From NCBI GenBank assembly GCA_944320135.1, contig CALUGI010000010.1, positions 3,662-67,661 on the forward strand: a stretch of 64,000 nt of DNA. The letters run 5' to 3'. The position numbers and the translations under genes were made by a program. The notes beneath the pieces were generated by a model. The model ran no database searches and was not told the DNA's origin. It saw only the letters and a program-made list of their open reading frames with translations. This DNA comes from an uncultured Phocaeicola sp. Its GTDB lineage: Bacteria > Bacteroidota > Bacteroidia > Bacteroidales > Bacteroidaceae. Position 1 is the first letter of the stretch. Each line of letters opens with the position of its first letter. Positions 43,725-53,481 of the stretch are shown here, in pieces.

Positions 43725-46367
43725 ATGCGATACCGTCTTTTATACATCCTGCTGGTTCTCGCGTGCGTGTCCGTATCCGGATTCGCACAAGACAACGATT
43801 CTACGGAAGTCGGACAGAAACCGGTCATCCTGTACAACGGAACACCCAAGCAATACGAAATAGCCGACATCAAAGTCAGCGGCGTAAAGAATTACGAAGA
43901 CTACGTGCTGATAGGCATCTCCGGACTGGCTGTAGGGCAAACCGTCACCGTTCCGGGCGATGACATCACGTCGGCTCTGAAAAGATACTGGCGGCACGGA
44001 CTGTTCTCCGACGTGAAGATTCTGGCAGACAAGATTGAAGGCAACAAAATCTGGCTGTCCATCCAGTTGAGGCAACGCCCGCGAATTACGGACATCGTTA
44101 TCCACGGAGTGAAAAAGAGCGAACGCGAAGACCTGATGGCCAAGCTCGGCATGGCGAAAGGCACGCAAATCACGCCGAACCTGGTAGACCGCGCAAAGAT
44201 ACTCATCAAAAAGCATTTCGACGAAAAGGGATTCAAGAACGCGGAAATCAATATCGTCGAGCGTGAAGACCCCGAAAACGAAGAACAAGTCTACGTAGAC
44301 GTAAATATCGACAAGAAGGCGAAAGTAAAGGTACACAAGATAACCATCGACGGAAACTCGGTGCTCACGGACAAGAAGCTGAAGCGCACCATGAAGAAGA
44401 CCAACGAAAAGGGAAAGCTCGTCAACCTGTTCCGCCCCAAGAAGTTCATCGAAGAACGCTACGAAGAAGACAAGCAGAAGATTATCGAGAAATACAACGA
44501 ACTGGGATACCGCGACGCGCAAATCGTGGTGGACAGCGTATCGCAATATGACGAGAAGACGGTGGACGTCTACATGAAAATCTACGAAGGGCAGAAATAC
44601 TACCTGCGCAACATCACGTGGGTGGGCAATACGGTATACCCTTCGGACTGGTTAGACGAACAGTTGCGCATGAAGCGCGGAGACGTCTACAACCAGAAGC
44701 TGCTGAAAGAGCGCATCTCGGACGACGAGGATGCAATCGGGAACAACTATTACAACCACGGATACGTGTTCTACAACCTCGACCCGGTGGAAGTGAACAT
44801 CGACGGAGACTCTATCGATCTGGAAATGCGCATCACGGAAGGGCCGCAGGCAAGCATCAGCCACGTGCGCATCAACGGAAACGACCGGCTGTATGAGAAC
44901 ATCGTGCGCCGCGAGCTCCGCACCCGTCCGGGAGACTTGTTCAGCAAGGAGGCGCTGGAACGTTCGTATCGTGAAATCGCGCAGATGGGGCACTTCAACC
45001 CGGAAAACATCCAGCCGGACGTGCAGCCGAACTATCAGAACGGTACGGTGGACATCAACTGGGGACTGGAATCGAAGGCCAACGACCAGGTAGAGTTCTC
45101 CGCAGGTTGGGGACAGACCGGCGTCATCGGGAAGCTGAGCCTGAAGTTCACCAACTTCTCGTTCGCCAACCTTTTCCGAAAGAACGACAACTACCGGGGA
45201 ATCCTCCCGCAAGGCGACGGACAGACCCTGACCATCAGCGGACAGACCAACGGACGCTACTACCAGTCGTACAGCATCTCGTTCTTCGACCCGTGGTTCG
45301 GAGGGAAACGCCCGAACTCGTTCTCCGTATCGGCATTCTACTCCATCCAGACGGACGTGAGCAGCCAATACTACAATTCGGCCTACATGAACAACTATTA
45401 TAACCTGCTGAGCGGATACGGATATTACGGAGGATACGGAAACTATTACGACAACTACGAATCGTATTACGACCCCGACCGCTCCATCAAGATGTTCGGA
45501 GTGTCCGTAGGATGGGGAAAACGCCTGCGCTGGCCGGACGACTACTTCACCCTTTCGGCAGAACTCTCCTACCAAAGGTTCATGCTGAAGGATTGGAGCT
45601 ACCTCTACATCCGCCTGAACAACGGCGACTATCTGAACACAGGAAACTGCAACAACCTGAGCCTCAACCTGACTCTGGCGCGCAACTCCACCGACAACCC
45701 GATATTCCCGCGTTACGGTTCCGAGTTCTCCGCATCCTTGCAGATTACTCCGCCCTACTCGCTTTTCAGCAAAAAGGATTATTCCACATACGGACAAGAC
45801 AACTATGACGAAGCGGCCAGCATGTTCAAATGGATTGAATACCACAAATGGAAGTTCAAAGCCAAAACATATACGGCGCTGATGGGCATACAGAAGTGTC
45901 CGGTTATCATGACCCGCACGGAGTTCGGACTGCTGGGCCACTTCAACAGATACAAACGCTCTCCGTTCGAGACGTTCTACGTGGGAGGCGACGGCATGAC
46001 GGGATACAGCTACAACTATGCGTCGGAAACCATCGCGCTGAGAGGCTACGAAAACGGCGCCCTCACCCCATACGGAAGCGAAGGCTACGCCTACATCCGT
46101 TTGGGAGCGGAGCTGCGCTATCCCCTGATGCTTGAGAACTCCACCAGCATCTATGCGTTGGGATTCGTGGAAGCAGGAAACGCATGGAACGAAGTGACCG
46201 ACTTCAACCCGTTCAAACTGAAACGTTCCGCCGGAGTCGGAGTCCGCATCTTCCTCCCGATGATTGGTATGATGGGTATCGACTGGGCATACGGTTTCGA
46301 CAAGATTAACGGTTCGATGCAATACAGCGGAAGCCAGTTCCACTTCATCATCGGACAAGAATTCTAA
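43725..46367 (+). CDS. bamA: Outer membrane protein assembly factor BamA
   Basis: 880 aa with a signal peptide, POTRA-type N-terminal repeats (I..I.V.G....) and a C-terminal barrel ending ..FHFIIGQEF. Synteny is uppS-bamA-skp-skp. Confidence 0.9.
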   Translation: MRYRLLYILLVLACVSVSGFAQDNDSTEVGQKPVILYNGTPKQYEIADIKVSGVKNYEDYVLIGISGLAVGQTVTVPGDDITSALKRYWRHGLFSDVKILADKIEGNKIWLSIQLRQRPRITDIVIHGVKKSEREDLMAKLGMAKGTQITPNLVDRAKILIKKHFDEKGFKNAEINIVEREDPENEEQVYVDVNIDKKAKVKVHKITIDGNSVLTDKKLKRTMKKTNEKGKLVNLFRPKKFIEERYEEDKQKIIEKYNELGYRDAQIVVDSVSQYDEKTVDVYMKIYEGQKYYLRNITWVGNTVYPSDWLDEQLRMKRGDVYNQKLLKERISDDEDAIGNNYYNHGYVFYNLDPVEVNIDGDSIDLEMRITEGPQASISHVRINGNDRLYENIVRRELRTRPGDLFSKEALERSYREIAQMGHFNPENIQPDVQPNYQNGTVDINWGLESKANDQVEFSAGWGQTGVIGKLSLKFTNFSFANLFRKNDNYRGILPQGDGQTLTISGQTNGRYYQSYSISFFDPWFGGKRPNSFSVSAFYSIQTDVSSQYYNSAYMNNYYNLLSGYGYYGGYGNYYDNYESYYDPDRSIKMFGVSVGWGKRLRWPDDYFTLSAELSYQRFMLKDWSYLYIRLNNGDYLNTGNCNNLSLNLTLARNSTDNPIFPRYGSEFSASLQITPPYSLFSKKDYSTYGQDNYDEAASMFKWIEYHKWKFKAKTYTALMGIQKCPVIMTRTEFGLLGHFNRYKRSPFETFYVGGDGMTGYSYNYASETIALRGYENGALTPYGSEGYAYIRLGAELRYPLMLENSTSIYALGFVEAGNAWNEVTDFNPFKLKRSAGVGVRIFLPMIGMMGIDWAYGFDKINGSMQYSGSQFHFIIGQEF

Positions 46368-46381
46368 AAACGCGCAATATT

Positions 46382-46897
46382 ATGAAAAGACTTATCCTTT
46401 CCGCTCTGTTCGCAACGGCCTGCATCATAACGGCCACAGCGCAGAAGTTCGCATTGGTGGACATGGAATACATATCCCGCCAAATTCCGGCTTTCGCCCA
46501 AGCCAACCGGCAGATGGAAGCGCTGTCGAAAGAATGGCAAAGCCTCATCGACGCAAAAGCCGAAGAAGCGAAAAAGCTCTATGAAGAATACCAGCGCACG
46601 GCCGACAAGCTCACGGCTGCCCAGCGCACGGCCAAAGAAGAAGCGATAGTGGCGAAGGAAAAAGAAGCCGCCGGACTCCGCCAGCAATATTTCGGTCCGC
46701 AGGGAGAAATGGCGAAAAAGCAGAAGGAACTTCTCGGCCCGCTTCAAGACGACATCTACAACGCCGTCAAAGCCATTGCAGCCGAAAGAGGATACGATGC
46801 CGTAATCGACCGCGCATCGGCGCAAAGCATGATTTTCGCATCGCCGCGCATAGACATCAGCAACGACGTGCTGGCACGGCTGGGATATTCGGAATAA
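46382..46897 (+). CDS. skp: OmpH/Skp-family periplasmic chaperone
   Basis: 171 aa with a signal peptide and coiled-coil K/E/Q-rich composition. It lies directly after bamA. Confidence 0.8.
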   Translation: MKRLILSALFATACIITATAQKFALVDMEYISRQIPAFAQANRQMEALSKEWQSLIDAKAEEAKKLYEEYQRTADKLTAAQRTAKEEAIVAKEKEAAGLRQQYFGPQGEMAKKQKELLGPLQDDIYNAVKAIAAERGYDAVIDRASAQSMIFASPRIDISNDVLARLGYSE

Positions 46898-46940
46898 CTT
46901 GCAAAACTGATTAATAACAAACAATAGAAACTTAAAGATT

Positions 46941-47489
46941 ATGATGAAGAGAATTGCTTTTTTACTTTTGCTCATCGCTCCGGTGAGCGTGTTCGCACAG
47001 AAGTTTGCCTACTTCAGATCGATGGACGTTGCTGTAGTAATGCCTGAATACGCCAAGGCGCAAACCGACATCCAGGCAATGCAGAAGACGTATGAAGACG
47101 AAATCAAACGCACGTCCGACGAGTTCAACAAGAAATTTGCAGAGTTCCAGGAAGAACAGAAGAATCTGCCGCAAAACATCCTCGAACGCCGGCAGAAGGA
47201 ATTGCAGGACTTGCAGGAAAAAGGCATGCAGTTCCAGCAAGACGCACAGCAGCAGCTGCAAAAAGCGTATACCGACATGATGGACCCCATCTACAAGAAA
47301 CTGGAAGACGCGATGAAGGAAGTAGGAAAAGCGGGCGGATACACTTTCGTGTTCGACCTGAACCGCACAGACATTCCCTACATCAATGAAGCGGAAGTGA
47401 AAGACATCACCAACGACATCAAGACAAAGTTGGGAATCAGCCTGACCGCTGCGCCTTACACTCCGACAGCACCCGCTTCCGCAAACTGA
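46941..47489 (+). CDS. skp: OmpH/Skp-family periplasmic chaperone (second copy)
   Basis: 182 aa with the same architecture as the preceding gene. Confidence 0.8.
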   Translation: MMKRIAFLLLLIAPVSVFAQKFAYFRSMDVAVVMPEYAKAQTDIQAMQKTYEDEIKRTSDEFNKKFAEFQEEQKNLPQNILERRQKELQDLQEKGMQFQQDAQQQLQKAYTDMMDPIYKKLEDAMKEVGKAGGYTFVFDLNRTDIPYINEAEVKDITNDIKTKLGISLTAAPYTPTAPASAN

Positions 47490-47514
47490 AAGGCGGCTGT
47501 CTAAAGAAGAAACC

Positions 47515-47561
47515 AATGTCATTCCGGGCGGCAGGCAAGGCTCGGAATGACATTATTTTTT
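47515..47561 (+). terminator. Intrinsic terminator after the skp genes
   Basis: aatgtcattccg (47515-47526) pairs with cggaatgacatt (47543-47554), followed by attttttt. Confidence 0.8.
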
Positions 47562-47703
47562 GCGCCGCCGCAAACCGCCCGCACCTGCGGCGCTGAAACT
47601 TGCGCGGCTTTGCCCAAAAGCGTCCGCGCGTTTCCGCCAAAGGACGCGGCGTTTACGGCCAAACTCCCCGACATTTTACCGAAAAAATACCTCATCATTC
47701 CCC

Positions 47704-48549
47704 ATGTATCCGTTTGCCTTCCAAAAAACCGGCCCCATAGGAGTATTCGACTCCGGCTATGGCGGCCTCACCATCCTCAAGAAGTTCCGGGAACTTCTCC
47801 CCCAATACGACTTTCTGTATCTGGGCGACAACGCACGCACGCCCTACGGCACGCGCTCGTTCGAAATCGTGTACGAATTCACGCTGGAGGCGGTAAAGAA
47901 GCTCTTCGAATTAGGCTGCCCGTTGGTGATACTTGCCTGCAACACGGCCTCGGCCAAAGCGCTGCGAAGCATCCAGCAGCACGACCTTCCCCACCTTGCC
48001 CCCGACAAGAGGGTGCTGGGGGTGATACGCCCCACGGCGGAATGCGTCGGTGCCGTCACCCGCACCCGCCACGTAGGACTGCTGGCAACGGCGGGCACCG
48101 TCAACTCGCAATCCTATCCCCTTGAGATAAAGAAACTGTTTCCGGACATCGAGGTTACGGGGGTAGCCTGCCCCATGTGGGTTCCGCTTGTGGAGAACAA
48201 CGAGTACGCTTCGGAGGGTGCAGACTACTTCGTGCGCAAATACATCGGCGAGCTTCTCGGCAAAGACCCGCAGACAGATACCGTGATTCTGGGCTGCACC
48301 CACTATCCGCTGCTGAAGGAGAAAATCCGCCGCTTCATGCCTCCGCACATCCGCCTCGTCGAGCAAGGGGAACCGGTGGCGGAAAGTCTGAAAGACTACC
48401 TCCGCCGCCATCCGGAGATGAACGCCCGCTGCTCACGCGGCGGAGGCTGTGAGTTTCTGACCACCGAATCGGCGGAAAAGTTCCGCGAATCGGCATCCGT
48501 GTTCCTGCATGACACGGAAGTGGACGTGCGGAGCGTCGTGTTGGGCTGA
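47704..48549 (+). CDS. murI: Glutamate racemase
   Basis: Start at MYPFAFQKTGPIGVFDSGYGGLT. It has the ACNTAS and GCTHYP catalytic-cysteine motifs. Confidence 0.9.
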   Translation: MYPFAFQKTGPIGVFDSGYGGLTILKKFRELLPQYDFLYLGDNARTPYGTRSFEIVYEFTLEAVKKLFELGCPLVILACNTASAKALRSIQQHDLPHLAPDKRVLGVIRPTAECVGAVTRTRHVGLLATAGTVNSQSYPLEIKKLFPDIEVTGVACPMWVPLVENNEYASEGADYFVRKYIGELLGKDPQTDTVILGCTHYPLLKEKIRRFMPPHIRLVEQGEPVAESLKDYLRRHPEMNARCSRGGGCEFLTTESAEKFRESASVFLHDTEVDVRSVVLG

Positions 48550-48570
48550 GGGCGGAAACGGCCCTTCCTG

Positions 48571-51500
48571 TCATTCTCCGGACACCTCCACCGCATAGCT
48601 CCCGGACTCCAGCTCGAAGCAGGCACGTCCTTCCCTCCGGACAAAACCAACCCGGTTGCCGTCCATCCGAACAGAAGCCCCCTCCGCCGCAGGAAGGCAC
48701 ACCGTGGCCGACGTGTTGGCAGGGACGGCAAACGAATACCTCACCCTGCCGGGCAAAACCTCCCAGCCGCTTTCTATCCGCCCGTACATCGAATCGTAAT
48801 GCCCGCGCGCGCAGTTCATCCCGCCTGTCGGGTCAGGCGTCGGCTTCAAGAAGAAATGCTTGAAACCGGGAGCGCGGACATCGGGCTGTATCCCCAACGA
48901 ACAGTTATACATCCACGCGCCTACTGCGCCGAACGAATAATGATTGAACGAGTTCATCCGGTTGTTTCCGCCGAAACCGTCCGTGTGCGTGTACGAATTG
49001 AGCCGTTCCCAAATCGTGGTAGCCCCCTGCTCCACCGAATAAAGCCACGAAGGGTAGGAAGTCTGCTACAACAGCCTGTAAGCGATATCGTCGTAGCCGC
49101 AATCCGCCAAAGCGCTGCTAATCCACGCCGTGCCGATAAATCCCGTCATCAGCGAATAGGGCGGGCACAAGACGCCGTTGTCGGCCTTGTTCTCCCGTCT
49201 CACCGCATTCGCCAGACGGCCTGCAACTTTCAGGCGCATCGAATCGGGCACAATGTCGAACGCCAGCGGAAGCACGTAGGAAGTCTGCGTGTCGACAAGC
49301 CGTTTGCCGTCGGCGAAACGGGTGCGCCCGGTCTGAGGCTCGATGTAGACAGTGTTGAAGAAGTCCGTCCGCTCCTTGCACAGTTGGCCGTAAAAATCCG
49401 CATCGTCCTCATGCCCCAACACGGAGGCCATCCGCCGCATCAGCTTCAGGTCGTAGATGAAATAAGCCTCCCAAAGCAGGGTCGGGTCGTTGCGCCCGTC
49501 CTCCGGTCCGAGCCAGTCGCCCAAGTTTCCCCACACCTTCTCCTGCACCAGCACGCCGGTCTCCTTGCTGATGCATTTGTCGAGGACGTACCGCACGTAA
49601 CGCCTCATTGCCGGATAATGTTCTTCCAACATCGCCTTGTCGCCGTACTGCACGTAGCACTCCCACGGGACGGCAATCCCCGCGCTCCCCCAAAGCATCC
49701 TGCCGAAGCCGCCTCCCAAGGGAGCAATGTCAGGGAAGCGTCCGTCCTCGCGCTGCACGTCGCGCATGGCACGCAGGTAGCGGCGGAGGAACTGCGCCGC
49801 GTCGGTGAGATAAGTCGCTGTCCGTGAGAACACGGATATGTCGCCTGTTCATCCTAAACGCTCGTTGCGCTGGGGGCAGTCGGTCGGGATGGAAAGAAAG
49901 TTGCTCCGGGCAGATCAGACGATGTTCTCCCACAGCCTGTTCACTTTCGGGTTTGAGGTTTCATAACGCGACAACAAGCCATTGACGGAGCTGAGCGCCG
50001 TCCCTTTCACCGACTCCAACGGCAAAGGACGGTCGATGCCGGTTATCTCCACGAAGCGGTAGCCGTGGAAAGTGAAGCGGGGAGCAATTGTTTCTTCTCC
50101 GCCACGGGCGATATAAACGTCTTGAGCCATCGCCGCACGGATGTTCTCCAGCATAATCATCCCCGCGTGTCCGGCATAACGCGGCAGGTCGGGATATTTC
50201 ACCTCCGCGAAGCGCAGACAAATCCGCTGGCCGGGCATACACCCTTTCAGCGCGATTCGGGGAACGCCCGCCATGTTCTGTCCCATGTCGTACACGAACA
50301 CTCCCGGACGCACTTCCTTCACCGACTGCGCCGTCAGCTCTTTCACCGCATACACCGACGGGCCGAACTGCCCGGTCAGACGATAGCGGGAATAGTCGTC
50401 CACCCTCGGACTGTTTCCGCCCCCTGTCGTGCTGACCGTCCCTTCCAACGGCACGACTTGGGCGGGCTTCCAATCCTTGCCCTCGTCATACGAGGCCGTG
50501 CTCCATCCGCTCACGAACGCTTCCTTCCGCGCGTCATACACTTCGCCCTGGAAGAAGCTGCCGTAAACCGTCGGGCCGTCATTGAAATACTTCCATGTGT
50601 CGGGATTCGTCACGACCGTCTGCTTCCGCCCGTCGCGGTATGTAATCACAAGCCGTGCAAGCAGCGACTGGCGATCGCTGAAATAGTTCCAGTTGTTTCC
50701 CGTAAAGGTGCATCCCCCGCTCCACCATCCTTCCGACAAGACCGCACCCGCCGCATTGTCCCCTTCCTTGATAAAAGAAGTCACGTCGAATGTCTGATAC
50801 AAGTGCGTCCGGTTGTACTGCGTCGCGCCCGGATTGAAATACGCATCGCCGATGCGCTTCCCGTTGATATAGAAGTCATAGATGCCGCGCGCGGTGACAT
50901 ACAGACGCGCCTTTACAACCTTGTTCTCCCCGGTCGAGAAGGTTGTGCGCAGCATGGGCATAGAGTTGCGGCCGGGGTCGGCGATGCCCGTCCATCCGTC
51001 CGCCTCTACGGTGCGCAGCACGTTGCACGGAGTGCGGAAGTTGCGGATTTCCAGCCTTTCCGCCGCGAGCGGCTTCCCGGCCTCCCGGCAGAATCCCACG
51101 TCGCCTACCACGGGAAAGGCGATGAAGTCGCCTCCCTGCCCCAAAGGATTCAGATTCACCTCGCCTATCTTGTCCGCCTTTCCGTCGAAGAAGAAGCGGG
51201 TGAATCCCAATTCCGAAGTCAGGCTCAGCGTATGTCCCTCGTGCAGGTTCGCCCCGTTCAGAAGGTTCTTCGGGACGGCGAACGTCCGCAACGGCACGTC
51301 CGCCCTGTCCGCCGGACAGAAGCCCGCGCGATATATCCGGATTTCCGCCTCTCTCCCTCCGGCAAGGGGAGCCTGCGTCTATCTCAACCCTCACATACGA
51401 TTCATCCCTGCCGTTCGCGAGTCCGAAAAGGTTCTTGTCGGCATCCATCAGCCGTTCATCGTTCGCGCCATAGACGAAAGCCGTTTTCAACGCGCCCGAA

Positions 51501-52006
51501 TCCTTGCCGAACCGGAACGCATAGTCCAGCCTGAACACCGGGAGATAATGCGAATAGAGCGGCATGTCCTCGTCGCCGCCTCCAATCCACTGCGCCCCGT
51601 CCCATGCTTCGTCCGCATCGTTCTGCGCCATCAGCCCGGTCTCGAACCAAGAGGAAGCCGAGACGGAATCATTCTTCTGCGTCCAGACGCAAACTTCCCA
51701 CTCGTAGCGCGTCTCCGGCTCCAACGGCTTCCCTGCATATTCAATGTTCAACGAGACGCCGCTCTGCGTCTCTCCCGAATCCCATACGCACGAACCGGTT
51801 TCATCGTACACCTGCAAGCGATAAGCGACCTGCTTCACGCCCCGTTCTCCTCCTGCCGACATCTGCCAACTGAACCTCGGACGGGACACGTCCACCCCCA
51901 GCGGACACGAAGCATACTCCACTTTCAGATTTTTCAGCCCGACGGCATACAAATCGGAAAGCTGCGCGCAGCACGCGAGCAGCAACAGAATGACATGTTT
52001 TTTCAT
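48571..52006 (-). pseudogene. GH78 alpha-L-rhamnosidase pseudogene: one frameshift, two in-frame TGA and one in-frame TAG
   Basis: Four ORF pieces are collinear with a GH78 enzyme: the N-terminus MKKHVILL..LKVEYASCPLGVDVSRPRFSWQM, then ..GIYDFYINGKRIGD.., ..FPDIAPLGGG.., and ..GATTIWERL... The disruptions are a frame change near 51355-51380, TGA at 49915-49917 (IV*SARSNF), TGA at 49849-49851 (ERLG*TGD) and TAG at 49066-49068 (YRLL*QTSYPSW). Confidence 0.85.
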
Positions 52007-52223
52007 AAGCGCGTTTTTTGTATCGGCGGCGGCATTTTTGTCACCGCCCGTCGTTTTCTTTATTTTTACGGGCGGCTGGCCCGGAATGCGCGGACGTGCA
52101 ACAATCTTTAACGCACCGCATCTCCGGATGACCGCACACTCCACCCCCAAAAGCGCATAAACCAAAAAGAGGGGCGCGCCCTATTCATTTCGGGCACTCC
52201 CCTCTCTCCAATCACTCTACAAC

Positions 52224-53477
52224 CTACTGCAAACTAATTCCGTCCAACAATCTTTCATACCTGCACAGAGCCTCAAGGAAATAATAGTCGGCATATACCA
52301 AAGGCACGTCAATCTCCTTCCCGTGAGGCAGGCTGCCCGTAGAGTGTTTCAGCAGGAATCCGGAATTGGTGCCTTCTTCCGCCCTATAGCTTCCGGAAGC
52401 GAGGGCGTAAAGCATCCGGCGCGCCGAATCGAAATAGGCTTCATTGTGTGTAAACGTGTACAGCTCAAACAAGGCAGACGACAATATGGCGGCCGCAGAA
52501 GCGTCTCTCGGTATATACCCAAGAGCCGTTTCATCAAACTTCCAGTCTTTGTGATACCCTGTCTGCCCGGCATTGAAGTCCCATAACGGGATTCCGTCGT
52601 CCGGGAGCGACGGGTTGTTCAAGAAAAATCCGGCCATGCCTTCCGCCACATCCAGAAATTTTCTCATCCCCGTTTCGCGATACATCATAGTAAAGCCGTA
52701 AACGCCCCACGCCTGTCCTCTTGCCCACGCCGAGTTGTCCGCATATCCCTGAGCCGTAGCCCGGTCTCTGACCTTTCCGGACACCGTATCATAATCAACC
52801 ACATGATAGCAGCTGTAGTCTTCCCTCACGTGGTTCTTTATCGTGGTTCCGGCATGGGCCACAGCCACTTTACGATACGCGCTGTCTCCCGTGATGCTGA
52901 AAGCGCCCATCAGCAGCTCCAGGTTCATCATGTTGTCTATAATCACGGGAAACTGCCATACCGTAGAGTCGTGAGGCGCTTTTCCTCCTTGCCACGACTT
53001 CAAACTGCCGATTACCGGGCTGAACCTCGTCATAAGAGAATTGGCGGTCTGCACGACCACTTCCTTATAATGCTCGTTTTTCGTCAGTTTATAGCCCCTC
53101 CCGAAACTTGAATAAACCATAAATCCGACATCATGGTCATTGACGTTCAACTTGTTGGGTTCCAGCGGAGCAGTCCACGCATCAGCTTCCCGCCTCCACT
53201 TCTCGTCCCCGGTCAACTCATACAGAAGCCACAAACTTCCGGGGAAGAACCCGCTTGTCCAACCGTAAATGTCGGTCGTCACCAACTTGCCGTCATCTCC
53301 GACAGTTCTCGGATAACGCCCGTCGGGAGCCCCCAGCAAGTCCAGCATACAGGAAGTCTGCCTGCAAGCGAACTCCACATTCTCGTTTACAAACCTCTGT
53401 TCGGAACCGGACTGAGCGCAGGAGCTCAAAAGGAACCCATACAAAGCAAGATAAATCAAATGTATAGCCTTCTTCAT
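52224..53477 (-). CDS. GH88-like unsaturated glucuronyl hydrolase, lipoprotein
   Basis: 417 aa with lipobox LLSSC. WTSGFFPGSLWLLYELTGD and DHDVGFMV motifs are characteristic of GH88 (GH105-related fold). Confidence 0.75.
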   Translation of the reverse strand: MKKAIHLIYLALYGFLLSSCAQSGSEQRFVNENVEFACRQTSCMLDLLGAPDGRYPRTVGDDGKLVTTDIYGWTSGFFPGSLWLLYELTGDEKWRREADAWTAPLEPNKLNVNDHDVGFMVYSSFGRGYKLTKNEHYKEVVVQTANSLMTRFSPVIGSLKSWQGGKAPHDSTVWQFPVIIDNMMNLELLMGAFSITGDSAYRKVAVAHAGTTIKNHVREDYSCYHVVDYDTVSGKVRDRATAQGYADNSAWARGQAWGVYGFTMMYRETGMRKFLDVAEGMAGFFLNNPSLPDDGIPLWDFNAGQTGYHKDWKFDETALGYIPRDASAAAILSSALFELYTFTHNEAYFDSARRMLYALASGSYRAEEGTNSGFLLKHSTGSLPHGKEIDVPLVYADYYFLEALCRYERLLDGISLQ

Positions 53478-53481
53478 ACCC

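Noticed and set aside
49849-49917. In-frame TGA codons at conserved Trp positions, which might indicate TGA=Trp recoding (genetic code 4) or selenocysteine.
   Set aside because: TGA terminates well-supported genes at their expected C-termini in this same window (sulfatase 3700-3702, GH2 6361-6363, P1 13442-13444). The same gene also has a TAG stop and a frameshift. Pseudogenisation by TGG-to-TGA transitions is the simpler reading.
50876-51380. The C-terminal ~165 aa of ORF 50876-52165 (..PCRRERGGNPDISRGLLSGGQGGRAVADVRRPEEPSERGE..), considered as a distinct Arg/Gly-rich domain.
   Set aside because: It is the out-of-frame read-through after the GH78 frameshift. The +1 frame over the same DNA gives bona fide GH78 sequence.
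52168-52205. A hairpin (agagggg/cccctct with an inner gggcgcgccc palindrome) proposed as the GH88 terminator.
   Set aside because: The stem is short with a 24-nt loop, and the inner palindrome leaves no loop. It is plausible but too weak to list as a feature.
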